A DNA stretch of 64,000 nt from Parcubacteria bacterium RAAC4_OD1_1 (GTDB taxonomy: Bacteria; Patescibacteriota; Minisyncoccia; Phycocordibacterales; UBA9973), in NCBI GenBank assembly GCA_000505065.1, contig AWSN01000001.1, positions 403,647-467,646 on the forward strand, written 5' to 3'. A model generated the notes under the pieces. That model saw only the letters and a program-made list of their open reading frames with translations, was not told the origin of the DNA and ran no database searches. The translations under genes and the position numbers were made by a program. Shown here piece by piece: positions 9,561-19,144 of this stretch; the stretch's first letter is position 1, and every line of letters starts with the position of its first letter.

Positions 9561-10166
9561 TTAATTCCTATTATAATCCGGGTGTTCTTCTTTGATAGAA
9601 AGTAAATGATTTGAGTAACGAGATAATGCAAATAAAATAGTAGAAAGTCTATTCATATAAGAAATCGTCTCTTCACCTATATCACGACTACCCTCATCGA
9701 CAACTGCGACTATTCTTCTTTCTGCCCGCCTTGCTAAAGTCCTTCCAAAATCAAGAGAAGAAGAAAGAAGACTTCCACCAGAGATAGTGAAAGATTTAAT
9801 AGGTGGCAATTCATCACTTATCTTTGCCACTACCCTCTCTACCATATTGAGCTCTTCTTTAGAAACTGTCATTTTCGATCCACCCAATTCTGCTTGAATC
9901 ACAAAAAGATTTTGCTGAATGTCATCTATTATTTTATCAAAATATTTTTTCTTAATTTCAAGTTCAATATAGAAATTTTCATCTTTGGATAAGACTTTAA
10001 TTATCCCCATATAAGCATTGAGTTCATCCACTGCCCCAAGCGCCTCGATCAGTATAGAACTTTTGGATATCCTGTGCTGTTTACAATCATAAAGCGTCGT
10101 CGTACCATTGTCCCCATATCCAGTGTATAAAATATTACCTTTTTTATCTTTATTTTCTTCTGACAT
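9561..10166 (-). CDS. PduO-type ATP:cob(I)alamin adenosyltransferase
   Basis: LYTGYGDNGTT, GAVDELNA, RTLARRAER, YMNRLS..LF.LSR. Confidence 0.88.
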   Translation of the reverse strand: MSEENKDKKGNILYTGYGDNGTTTLYDCKQHRISKSSILIEALGAVDELNAYMGIIKVLSKDENFYIELEIKKKYFDKIIDDIQQNLFVIQAELGGSKMTVSKEELNMVERVVAKISDELPPIKSFTISGGSLLSSSLDFGRTLARRAERRIVAVVDEGSRDIGEETISYMNRLSTILFALSRYSNHLLSIKEEHPDYNRN

Positions 10167-10208
10167 ATTTTTTATTATAACAATATACTTAATTTAATAA
10201 AAGACTTC

Positions 10209-10256
10209 ACCCTCACACCTATTTTACCTATCAATATTAAAAATAGGTGTGGGGGT
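10209..10256. repeat. Inverted repeat abutting a sigma70 -35 box
   Basis: accctcacacctatttt...aaaataggtgtgggggt (17 bp arms), then TTGACT-N17-TATAAT (10256-10284). Confidence 0.75.
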
Positions 10257-10318
10257 TGACTTTTTAATTAATAAATGCTATAATATATATTAATATAAAC
10301 CCATTAAAAATTAATATC

Positions 10319-10603
10319 ATGGATGCAATTTTGTTCTTTGGTTGTTTTTTTGAAGTTGATAGTTACAAATCAATTGAGTGCAAAAGTGCTCAAGAGATTA
10401 AAACAAAACTGACGGAAAATGAGAATATAAAATTTCTTGTTATTCCAGAAGAAGAAAGTAACCTTATTGAGTTTTCAGACCACAAAATAAAACCCGTGGT
10501 TATCTTTATAACTAAAAATTATAAAAGTTATCAAGATAGAAAATTCAATAAGATTCTAGCTTCTAAAGAAACAGCAAAGATAATGATTGAACGGTGGCAA
10601 TAG
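10319..10603 (+). CDS. Hypothetical protein
   Basis: 94 aa ORF downstream of a consensus-like promoter. Confidence 0.55.
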   Translation: MDAILFFGCFFEVDSYKSIECKSAQEIKTKLTENENIKFLVIPEEESNLIEFSDHKIKPVVIFITKNYKSYQDRKFNKILASKETAKIMIERWQ

Positions 10604-10616
10604 TCGCCGTTCTTTT

Positions 10617-11729
10617 TTATTTATAATAACTTCCCACTGCTTCACCTATACTTTTATATCCGTCTTTTTTTAAAAGTTTTACAAGGTCTTTATTTATATC
10701 CCCCATTACAGTTGGACCCTCATATATCATACCTGTTATCATCTGCACCAAGCTTGCACCTCGCTTTATCTTCTCATATGCATCAAACCCGGAGAAAACT
10801 CCCCCACAACCAATGATCACAAATCTATTTTTATATTTTTTATAAACTTCACTAATAAGGTTATTGGACATCTCCTCCGTTGGTTTACCGCTAAAGTTTC
10901 CCTTTCCAGCATTAGTAATTTCATCTTTATCGAAGAAAATATTACTCCTATCTTTTACAAGATTAGCAAAAATAAATCCAGTAACAAAATTATATGATGA
11001 AGCAATCTCAACTAAAAGAAGTGTTTCTTCTACATTTTTCTCCAAATACATTTTTATAAATAAAGGCTTTCTAATCGCCAAAGTTGAAAGTTTATTCAAA
11101 AGGAGTGTAAATCCTTCTTTAGTATCAAAAGCACTATCGACAGATGTGATGTTTGAAAGATTTGGGCAACTTATATTTAGCTCATAAAAATCAAAAAGAT
11201 GCGAATCCACTACTTTTCTAAAAGAATTCGTGACATCTTCAATCATTTCTTTAATATCACAATAAGACTTATTGGTTGTGCCGATACTTATACCTACTGG
11301 TATATTATTCTTCTTTTTTGAGACTTTATCTAAAATAAAATCAATTCCATTATTTTTAAACCCTTTATTCACAAGAAGGGATTTAGATCTAGGAAGTCTA
11401 CCTAGCATTGGCTTTTTATTCCCCTCGTATGGCAAATTAGTAATAGTCCCCACAGTTTGAAACCCAAAGCCCACATTTTCAGCTACATTTAAAAGATCTG
11501 CATTGTAATCAAACCCAGCCGCAAGCCCTAGGGGGTTCGTAATTTTAAGGCCTAAAATTTTTGTATTAAGATATTCATTTTTATATAAAAATATTTTCTT
11601 TGTTATAAATCTTAAAAATTTAAATCTACCAATAAAACTCGAAGCATGAAGAAAAAAGACATGGACATAATCCGCCTCAATTTTAAAAAGAATCGGTTTT
11701 AAAATATTTTTATATAAAAATTTAATCAT
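10617..11729 (-). CDS. pyrD: Dihydroorotate dehydrogenase, class 2 (quinone type)
   Basis: NPLGLAAGFD, GNKKP.L.RL, N.GFKN.G, ELNISCPN, SGKP, GASLVQ. Confidence 0.9.
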   Translation of the reverse strand: MIKFLYKNILKPILFKIEADYVHVFFLHASSFIGRFKFLRFITKKIFLYKNEYLNTKILGLKITNPLGLAAGFDYNADLLNVAENVGFGFQTVGTITNLPYEGNKKPMLGRLPRSKSLLVNKGFKNNGIDFILDKVSKKKNNIPVGISIGTTNKSYCDIKEMIEDVTNSFRKVVDSHLFDFYELNISCPNLSNITSVDSAFDTKEGFTLLLNKLSTLAIRKPLFIKMYLEKNVEETLLLVEIASSYNFVTGFIFANLVKDRSNIFFDKDEITNAGKGNFSGKPTEEMSNNLISEVYKKYKNRFVIIGCGGVFSGFDAYEKIKRGASLVQMITGMIYEGPTVMGDINKDLVKLLKKDGYKSIGEAVGSYYK

Positions 11730-12124
11730 TATTCTGTCGTTTGTCCATCAAAATCAGCTTCATTTTGTTCAGCTTCTTCTTTAGTTTCCCTAACAATACC
11801 ATCCTTATGATGCGCAGGAGAATAAATAGTATAAAGTTTAAGTCCCTCTTCTCCGGCTATCACATTGTGTCTTGCCCCCATAGGGACAACAACCGCATCT
11901 CCATCTTTTACTTCGTATTCTGTGGTATCTATAATGACCTTACCACTACCTTTCTCAAACCTAAAAAATTGATCATTTTCATTATGAATTTCCATTCCGA
12001 TTTCTTCATTAGGAAGCAAACTCATAAGTACAAGCTGAGAACTCGCTCCAGTATAAAGAACTTTTCTAAAATTATTATTTTCTTCTGTTAACTTCTCAAT
12101 ATTTTCTTTAAATCCTTTTTTCAT
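11729..12124 (-). CDS. Cupin-domain protein
   Basis: FRKVLYTG..SQLVLM, EIH...DQFF, HNV, LYTIYSPAHH. Confidence 0.88.
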   Translation of the reverse strand: MKKGFKENIEKLTEENNNFRKVLYTGASSQLVLMSLLPNEEIGMEIHNENDQFFRFEKGSGKVIIDTTEYEVKDGDAVVVPMGARHNVIAGEEGLKLYTIYSPAHHKDGIVRETKEEAEQNEADFDGQTTE

Positions 12125-12155
12125 AAATTTGTAAATTTAAATTTATAATCATCGA

Positions 12156-12872
12156 CTAATTAATTTGTGGAGAATTTTGTTCACCCTCTTGCTTAACTTC
12201 TATTTTAGCTTCTTCTACTACAACTTCTTCTTTCTTAGATTCTTCTTTTATAATCTCTGCTTCTTTGACAAAATTACCTTCTTTAAATTTCTTAAAATCT
12301 CGATAAACCATAACGAGAATCATCATACCAAGTGGATATGTTACAAAAACACCAATAAACAAAGCAACAAAACCAAGAACTGTAAATAACCCTATAAGAA
12401 AACTATACCCAAAAAGTCTCCATCCATTTCCCCTTGTCATTTCCCAAGATTTCTTTACTGCATATCTCGCTCCTTTTTCTGGCTCTTCTATTGAAATATA
12501 AACAGCAAAAAGAAGTCTTCCCATAAAATAAAATCCAGGAACAATAAGAAGAATAAAACCTCCTAAGAAAGTAAGAGCTATAAGTATTGTCGTCTTCAAA
12601 AGATTCCAATATTTTAGTAAATCAGGAAAAGATTCTTTTGAAAATGGCATAAATTCTTTACCCTCTAGCATATTAAATATTGATTTAAACCATATATAAG
12701 TGATAAACACACTCAAAAGATTTGCGACAATACTAACAAGAAAACCATGATCCGAAGCAAAATAAGAGACAGCAAAAACTACAAACATAAGAAGTATGAA
12801 GTTCCAAACATTATTTTTATAAAAAACCCAAGCTTCTTTAACTTTTGACCCAAAATTTAATTTAAAATTCAT
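12156..12872 (-). CDS. Integral membrane protein (DUF975-like)
   Basis: Multi-TM; LLIVPG, A.KKSWEMTRGNGW motif. Confidence 0.7.
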   Translation of the reverse strand: MNFKLNFGSKVKEAWVFYKNNVWNFILLMFVVFAVSYFASDHGFLVSIVANLLSVFITYIWFKSIFNMLEGKEFMPFSKESFPDLLKYWNLLKTTILIALTFLGGFILLIVPGFYFMGRLLFAVYISIEEPEKGARYAVKKSWEMTRGNGWRLFGYSFLIGLFTVLGFVALFIGVFVTYPLGMMILVMVYRDFKKFKEGNFVKEAEIIKEESKKEEVVVEEAKIEVKQEGEQNSPQIN

Positions 12873-12938
12873 ATAATATTTATCTGCAATAAAAGCAGAC
12901 AGGCTAAATAATAACTAATCTAATTATACCAAATACGA

Positions 12939-13424
12939 CTATTTGAGTATAGGTTTATCTCTTTTTATAAAATTCATCAAAACAAGACTGGAAATTATAG
13001 CTCCAACTGTATTACTGATAAGATCAAGCCAGGTATCTTTTGAATTTATTGCAAAGATTTTATGAGCATAGTTTTGCAAGAAAAATTCTAAAATTTCATT
13101 AAAAACTCCCAAGGTGGAAACAATAAGAAAAGTAAAAAAGAAAAATTGAAATTTTGAAACTTGAATCTTTGTGTCTTTAAATACAAGAAAAGAAAGAAGT
13201 GATGAAATAAACCCACCACCAACTCCATGCAAGAAGCGATTACCTATCTCAAGACTAGGAATCATAAAGGCTATCTCATAGGTCGTAAAACTTAAAATAG
13301 CAATTATAATAAGAGAAATAATAGACTTCTTTGAAAAAGAGACTTCTTTCTCAAAAAATAGCCCAAATAAATAAAAAAATACTATATAAGTAAAAGAAAA
13401 CAATACTGGGGTTATAAAATTCAT
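12939..13424 (-). CDS. Membrane protein (DUF2238/VanZ-like)
   Basis: H..GG, NEILEF, DTWLDLISN..G. Confidence 0.65.
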   Translation of the reverse strand: MNFITPVLFSFTYIVFFYLFGLFFEKEVSFSKKSIISLIIIAILSFTTYEIAFMIPSLEIGNRFLHGVGGGFISSLLSFLVFKDTKIQVSKFQFFFFTFLIVSTLGVFNEILEFFLQNYAHKIFAINSKDTWLDLISNTVGAIISSLVLMNFIKRDKPILK

Positions 13425-13531
13425 AAATTTATTATAGCATAAAATTAAAAAGTGGTGTGTCCTTGCCTTATCCCCTAAAAATGTTAGTGTGTAAGTAAGT
13501 TAAACTAATAAAAAGAAAGGGGGGGTAAAAA

Positions 13532-14005
13532 TTGAAATTTTTATTAATTGCAAAGAAGATATTCCTAGCAATAGGAATATTAGCTTTATATGAAATTTTA
13601 ATAAAAGGATTTATTTTTATAATTACTAAAATATTTGAAGGTGATTTAAATTTAATCCTTTTAATAGTTATTCCATCAACATTTATTATAAGATGTGTGA
13701 TAATTAAGACTTATGATAAAAACAAAATTGATATTTTTGGAATAGAAGCCATTAAGGCTAAAATTGAAATTGAAAAAGAAACAATGATAGCAAAAATTAT
13801 TAAAATCCTTTTAGGAATTAGTAAGATTGCTGTTTATGTTATTGTTTTATTAGATCCTACTGCCACTGTAATTTATTTTCGTAAAGGAAGTAAATTATGG
13901 AATGGCATTCCAGACAAGATAACATGGGCGTTATTTATTTTGAGTAATATTATTTGCTCTATAACAATAACTCTGTCTTCTTTGGGAATATTGAAAATAT
14001 TTTAA
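13532..14005 (+). CDS. Hypothetical membrane protein
   Basis: 157 aa hydrophobic ORF, TTG start preceded by a G-rich SD-like run; terminator hairpin follows. Confidence 0.6.
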   Translation: MKFLLIAKKIFLAIGILALYEILIKGFIFIITKIFEGDLNLILLIVIPSTFIIRCVIIKTYDKNKIDIFGIEAIKAKIEIEKETMIAKIIKILLGISKIAVYVIVLLDPTATVIYFRKGSKLWNGIPDKITWALFILSNIICSITITLSSLGILKIF

Positions 14006-14042
14006 AATCCAACCATCTTAAAAAATGGCTGGATTTTTAAAA

Positions 14043-15050
14043 TTAATCTCTTTTTCTATTTCTATCATTAAACCTAAATTCAGAATTTATAAATATTTCA
14101 GCTTCTTTAATAGAGCTCTCTGAATCAAAAAGTAAAGAGCTGGCTTCATCTTCATCCCCTTCTATTTCTCTTTTACCTGCTTCTTCTAAATACTTTTTGG
14201 CTTCATCTATCTTATTATAAGTATCATCAATAAATTCATCTTCAATGTAAAATTCTTCTAGGTCTTTATTTTCAAAATCTTTATCTATATCTTCTATGAG
14301 TATTTCTACTTTGTCTTTTTTGTTTTTATAATCATCTTTATTTTTATTCTTTTCATCCTTTAAATTGTTTTTAATACTATTAGCACTCTCTTTTGCAGTT
14401 TTAGAAATTTTATTACCTTTTTTATTATCCTCATTTTCTCCTTGATAAGTATCCTTATACTTATCTTCTTTTTCATTTATAACTTCTAAAATTCTTGCAT
14501 TAGCATTCATTTCTGCGCTAAAATCAGTTATTAATTCATCAATTTCTTTTTTAGAATTATCTTTATGAACTTTATTTACAGTTTTATTAAGAGAAACCGT
14601 ATGATTTATCAATAATTTATTAAGTTTTTCTTCTGTTGGTTCATCAAGCTTATTTTCATTGGCCAAAATCTGAGCCTCTATCAAACGATTTTTTGCTAAT
14701 TCACTTTGATATTTAGCTTTTTCTATTTTTGAAAATTTTAAAGCTCCTTCGGCTGGTTCTAATAATTTTACTTTGATAGGATACAAAATATCATCTGGTA
14801 GACTATCTTGTGAAGCAAATACAACTCCCCCTCCAGACAAAATAATGATTAGAGGAATGACAACATAATAAACCAAATGATTATTTTTGATTGAATAAAA
14901 GAAAGAATAAAAACTCCAAGGACTTTGAACAGAAGATCTCTCGTTATTTTCTAAATTAAAAATATTATAAAGAATATCTTTTTTTTCAGATTCTGTCATC
15001 CTTATTTCTTTAATTTCTTTTATTGCATTTTTAAATTTTTTATTTTCCAT
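14043..15050 (-). CDS. Putative anti-sigma factor (DUF5667-like)
   Basis: Single TM followed by SLPDDILYPIK..E; directly downstream of the ECF sigma. Confidence 0.7.
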   Translation of the reverse strand: MENKKFKNAIKEIKEIRMTESEKKDILYNIFNLENNERSSVQSPWSFYSFFYSIKNNHLVYYVVIPLIIILSGGGVVFASQDSLPDDILYPIKVKLLEPAEGALKFSKIEKAKYQSELAKNRLIEAQILANENKLDEPTEEKLNKLLINHTVSLNKTVNKVHKDNSKKEIDELITDFSAEMNANARILEVINEKEDKYKDTYQGENEDNKKGNKISKTAKESANSIKNNLKDEKNKNKDDYKNKKDKVEILIEDIDKDFENKDLEEFYIEDEFIDDTYNKIDEAKKYLEEAGKREIEGDEDEASSLLFDSESSIKEAEIFINSEFRFNDRNRKRD

Positions 15051-15055
15051 AAATT

Positions 15056-15589
15056 TTATTTATCATCATAAGAACCTAATATCTTTCTTAACTCTTCTAT
15101 TCCTCTGTTTATTCTTACAGAGGAAGCATTTGCTGAAATCCCCATAATCTTGGCTATCTCAGGAGGAGATACGTCTTCCACTAATCGAAGATAAACAGGA
15201 TGCCGATAAGAAGTAGGTAATTCATTTATTTTATCTATTAAAAATCTTCCTTCTACTCCTTCATAGATTCTATCATTAGTAGTTTTCTCATCTACAATAT
15301 CATAAGAATATTCATCTTCTTGATCAGTCTTATTTAAAAGAATTTTATCTAAAGATAAACTTTTTTTCTTACGATACCAATCAATTATAAGTCTGTGAGT
15401 TATCTTAAACAATAAAGCTTTCGGGGAAATGATTTTCTCCCCCTTTTCCATACTTTGCCATAATCGTAAAAAAGCTTCTTGAGTTATATCTAGAGCTTGA
15501 TCTCTATCAGAAACTCGAAGTAAAGAGAATCGAAATATCGAATCTGATTCAAGCTTATATATTGACTCAAATTTATCCTTTAATTCCAT
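15056..15589 (-). CDS. ECF RNA polymerase sigma factor
   Basis: DITQEAFLRLW, LIIDWYRK (region 2); EIAKIMGIS...VRINRG (region 4); start MELKDK at 15589 with GAGG upstream. Confidence 0.92.
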   Translation of the reverse strand: MELKDKFESIYKLESDSIFRFSLLRVSDRDQALDITQEAFLRLWQSMEKGEKIISPKALLFKITHRLIIDWYRKKKSLSLDKILLNKTDQEDEYSYDIVDEKTTNDRIYEGVEGRFLIDKINELPTSYRHPVYLRLVEDVSPPEIAKIMGISANASSVRINRGIEELRKILGSYDDK

Positions 15590-15609
15590 TTTAATTCCTC
15601 TTATATAAA

Positions 15610-15635
15610 GACGTATAAGGAACCTTTTTCTTACA
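15610..15635 (-). promoter_or_regulatory. Putative ECF autoregulatory promoter TGTAAG-N16-CGTC
   Basis: Motif on the minus strand upstream of the sigma gene; matches the divergent copy at 15682-15710. Confidence 0.7.
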
Positions 15636-15681
15636 TTCCTTCGTCTATATTTAAAATACAACAAATATCTATTATTGTCCA

Positions 15682-15710
15682 TGTAAGAAAAGAGAGGTCT
15701 GTTCCGTCTA
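15682..15710 (+). promoter_or_regulatory. Putative ECF promoter TGTAAG-N17-CGTCTA
   Basis: Same -35/-10 motif in front of the divergent secreted-protein gene. Confidence 0.7.
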
Positions 15711-15794
15711 ACCTACTGTAAGGTCGTGTATTATGATAAAAAAATAAATATTATCAAATACATTTATTATTAAAATTTAAAAAATAAAAATATT

Positions 15795-16727
15795 ATGAAT
15801 AATTACAAATCATTAGTTATAGGTTCATTCATTGCTATTATGGTTATAACAACACCTTCTGTTAGTTTTGCAGATAGGGACGATAATAAGGTCAACAATG
15901 AATATAAAGTGAGGGCAGAGCAAAAGCTTGAGGTAAAAAATAAAGATGGAGTCGTGAAAGTTAAAGGTAATTCAGAATTTAGTAATGCAATATTCCATAG
16001 GTTTGAAGATTGGTTTAAAAACAAAAAAGAAATTCTTAAAAATCGAAAAGCTGAAAGAGTAGAGGAAAGAGAAGATTCTAAGAAAAAAATTGTAAAAGAT
16101 AATTTGGCCCCAAAAATAGAAAATATCACAGCTCCGACTGTCCTTCTTGTAGATGAAGTTGGAACATGGGAAATAAAAGCTTCCGATCCAAAAAATGGAT
16201 CACTTAGCTATGCAGTTCTATTTGGTGATACAAATACATCAACCAAATCAATATCTTCATCAACCTCTCAAACATTTGTCCAAACAAGTACATTTACTCA
16301 CTCTTATAAAAATGAAGGAACCTATAAAATAAAATTTATAGTTTCAAATGAAGCTGGACTTAAAGCTATCTCTACTGTTACAGTCAAAGTAGTAGAAGAT
16401 AAGGAAGACAAAGATGAGGAAGAGAAAAAAGACACAACAGCCCCAGTTATAAGCAAAATAAAAATAAGTACAGATACTTCAAATAATGTAAATATATCTT
16501 GGAAAACAAATGAAAAGGCAACCGGAGAAGTATTTTATGGAACTAACAAAGAAATAGATGTAGAAAATACAAATACTCTTAGAGTTTCAGATAAAAGCCT
16601 AAAGACAGATCATTCATTTAACATTCCTAGTTTGGCATCAGATACAATCTATCACTTTATATTAAAGTCTTCTGATGCATCAAACAATGCAACATTATCT
16701 AGTGAGTCTACATTCGTAACTAACTAG
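15795..16727 (+). CDS. Secreted protein with PKD/Ig-like and fibronectin-III-like domains
   Basis: Signal peptide (..PSVSFA); FGD..FTHSY..EGTYKIKF; DTTAPVIS..ISWKTNE...YHFILKS.D. Confidence 0.75.
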   Translation: MNNYKSLVIGSFIAIMVITTPSVSFADRDDNKVNNEYKVRAEQKLEVKNKDGVVKVKGNSEFSNAIFHRFEDWFKNKKEILKNRKAERVEEREDSKKKIVKDNLAPKIENITAPTVLLVDEVGTWEIKASDPKNGSLSYAVLFGDTNTSTKSISSSTSQTFVQTSTFTHSYKNEGTYKIKFIVSNEAGLKAISTVTVKVVEDKEDKDEEEKKDTTAPVISKIKISTDTSNNVNISWKTNEKATGEVFYGTNKEIDVENTNTLRVSDKSLKTDHSFNIPSLASDTIYHFILKSSDASNNATLSSESTFVTN

Positions 16728-16769
16728 AGTATTATTAGTAAAATAACTCAATAAACATCTAGCCGATAT

Positions 16770-16806
16770 ATCAAAATCCTCCCTAATTTTTTGGGAGGAT
16801 TTTGAT
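16770..16806. terminator. Bidirectional intrinsic terminator
   Basis: atcaaaatcctccc...gggaggattttgat between convergent genes. Confidence 0.7.
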
Positions 16807-16829
16807 TATTTAAAGATATAAATTATATT

Positions 16830-17708
16830 TTATTTTTTAAAAATCCTTCCAATAAAAAATCCTGCAAGTATTCCAATTAAAATAAATGTTAAGATAATAA
16901 TATTTGATTTATTCCCATCTTTTTCTGTGTTTTCATTTATTGGTTCGGGTTGATTATTTGAGTCAATATTTTTAGTGTCATCATTCACATACACAGTTAA
17001 TGTCCCCTCATTGGGAACCAAAGGCATATCCCCTTTATAATAATTTATATATTCTTTCTTTAAATTTTCTAACCCCCCTACAACCAAAAGAGATTCATAA
17101 ATATATCCGCCCTCAAAACAATCACCTTTTGTAGAAAGTAATAAAATTATTTTCTTATCAAAGCCAGGTATCGCATAACCAGCAAAAGTAAAAGGTTGCT
17201 CTGTATTACACCCAGAAATATTCTGTTCTGTTATTTTTTTACCATTTTGATATATAGTTCCATTAAATATGCTATTTTTCACATATTCTGAATCAAAATC
17301 AAAATTTTCACTTTTAATAAATTCTAAATCAATACTGATATTATCTTTATTTAAATTAATAGGACTCAAATCTTTAAAACCAGAAGTTATACGCATTATT
17401 TCTTCGTTAATTTTAGATATACCAAGCTCATAATTATTATTACGATAAGCATTTAAAAACTGTTCTCCTTTTTCACAAGAATAAACAGTTCCTACCTTAC
17501 CATCTACTAAAGATATTTTCATAAGTTCTGGAGGGCAACCTCTTCCTCCATGATCATACTTTGTATAATACACAGACTCATCTTTAGGATTATATTTAAA
17601 ATCATTTATATAAGATGGTCCGCCAGTAGTAGCACTTGCCACATCTCCAATTATAAATAAAAAAATAAAAGCAAATAGACCAAAATATATTTTAAAGTAT
17701 TTATTCAT
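16830..17708 (-). CDS. Exported protein with C-terminal membrane anchor
   Basis: Signal peptide plus C-terminal TM ending FKK; likely start MNKY behind a TATAAT. Confidence 0.7.
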   Translation of the reverse strand: MNKYFKIYFGLFAFIFLFIIGDVASATTGGPSYINDFKYNPKDESVYYTKYDHGGRGCPPELMKISLVDGKVGTVYSCEKGEQFLNAYRNNNYELGISKINEEIMRITSGFKDLSPINLNKDNISIDLEFIKSENFDFDSEYVKNSIFNGTIYQNGKKITEQNISGCNTEQPFTFAGYAIPGFDKKIILLLSTKGDCFEGGYIYESLLVVGGLENLKKEYINYYKGDMPLVPNEGTLTVYVNDDTKNIDSNNQPEPINENTEKDGNKSNIIILTFILIGILAGFFIGRIFKK

Positions 17709-17764
17709 CCTTTTATTATACCAAAACGAAAAGTTCATTACTATCCTTTAAAATGTAAACATAT

Positions 17765-17783
17765 ACGGAGGCGTTGCCTCCGT
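17765..17783. repeat. REP-like GC-rich hairpin
   Basis: ACGGAGGC-gtt-GCCTCCGT between divergent genes, so not a terminator position. Confidence 0.7.
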
Positions 17784-17851
17784 GGACACTTTTAATCTTG
17801 CCAAAAAATGAAAAAGTGGTATGATTTAAGAAATTTTAAAAAAAATAGGAT

Positions 17852-18106
17852 ATGAAAAAAGAAGAAAAAATCAGATCAATTTTGGTTTCCCTTGGAATAG
17901 GAGGATTCTTTTCATCTATTTGTTATTTTTCAAAAGCCCCAATATGGCTAACATTAATAGTATTAATTGTGGCCTCGGGGATAACATTTTTGTTAATGTT
18001 GGGACTCCTTGCAACAGGAGAACCCTATGAAGAAAAAGATTCAACCGATTTAAGAGACCCAAAGGTTAGATCTTGGTACTACTTATCAAGATCTAAAGAA
18101 TTATAA
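17852..18106 (+). CDS. Small two-TM hypothetical protein
   Basis: 84 aa ORF with upstream promoter and downstream terminator hairpin (18105-18139). Confidence 0.6.
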   Translation: MKKEEKIRSILVSLGIGGFFSSICYFSKAPIWLTLIVLIVASGITFLLMLGLLATGEPYEEKDSTDLRDPKVRSWYYLSRSKEL

Positions 18107-18217
18107 AATAGGGCTTAGTATTATACTAAGCCCTATTTTTCAATTTATACTTTTATTTTTAAAATATCAGATAATCATATATAATTAAAAGTATTAGAAA
18201 TAAACAACTTATAAATT

Positions 18218-18385
18218 ATGTCTAGATATCGATGTATGGATTGTGGGTGGATATATGATGAAGAAAAAGGAGATGAAAATAGAGGCATAACTCCAGGTAC
18301 GAAATGGGAGGATTTACCAGAAGATTACAAATGCGCCGAATGTAGTAATAGAAAAAAGAGTCATAAATGGGTTAAATTGGATTAA
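18218..18385 (+). CDS. Rubredoxin (55 aa, missed by the ORF track)
   Basis: Manual translation MSRYRCMDCGWIYDEEKGDENRGITPGTKWEDLPEDYKCAECSNRKKSHKWVKLD, two CxxC motifs. Confidence 0.92.
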   Translation: MSRYRCMDCGWIYDEEKGDENRGITPGTKWEDLPEDYKCAECSNRKKSHKWVKLD

Positions 18386-18420
18386 AGGATAATATTAAAA
18401 ATACTGTATAATAAAATAAT

Positions 18421-19107
18421 ATGTTTAAAATAGAAAAAACCTCTAAAAGATTAGAAAAAGATAAAATTATAGTTCTTGTTGATGGATGGGGTTTTAATAA
18501 ATATTTTTATTTTATAATTAAAAGATTCATACCAAAAGATTATGGATATCTCCATTATTCATATACAGACAAAATTTTAGATAAAGACCCAATAAATACA
18601 AAAAATAATATTATTCAATTAATTGAGTTAGTAGAAACAGATATTAATAATTTAATATCTGTTAAGCCTCGTTATATATATTTATATGGGCAAAGTTTAG
18701 GAGGACTATTCTGTATGATTATTGCAGATAAAATAAATATTAAAAAAATTATGTTAATTGCTCCAGGTTGCAACTTAGCAGAATCATTTTGGTTAGGAAA
18801 ATATACTCAAAATTTAAAAAACGAAATGATTAAAGATCATCACACAACATTAGAAGAACTTAAAGAAGAATGGAAAGATGTTTCGCCAGATAGTTATTTT
18901 AAAAACAAAAGTTTAAATTCTAATTTTTATATTATTTTATCAAAACAAGATAAAGCCATACCAATTTCAAATGGAAAAAAATTAATCAACATATTAGAAG
19001 AAAAAAATATAAATTTTAAACTCTCGTGGAGTAAATTCTCTCACAAATTAACTCTTTTAAAAGAATTAATTTGTGTTAAAAATTTTAAAAAATGGATATT
19101 AAAATAA
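18421..19107 (+). CDS. Alpha/beta hydrolase
   Basis: GQSLGG nucleophile elbow, D (QDKAIP), H (FSHK). Confidence 0.8.
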   Translation: MFKIEKTSKRLEKDKIIVLVDGWGFNKYFYFIIKRFIPKDYGYLHYSYTDKILDKDPINTKNNIIQLIELVETDINNLISVKPRYIYLYGQSLGGLFCMIIADKINIKKIMLIAPGCNLAESFWLGKYTQNLKNEMIKDHHTTLEELKEEWKDVSPDSYFKNKSLNSNFYIILSKQDKAIPISNGKKLINILEEKNINFKLSWSKFSHKLTLLKELICVKNFKKWILK

Positions 19108-19144
19108 AAACCTAGCAAAAAAGGTTCTTGCTATATAAACAATT

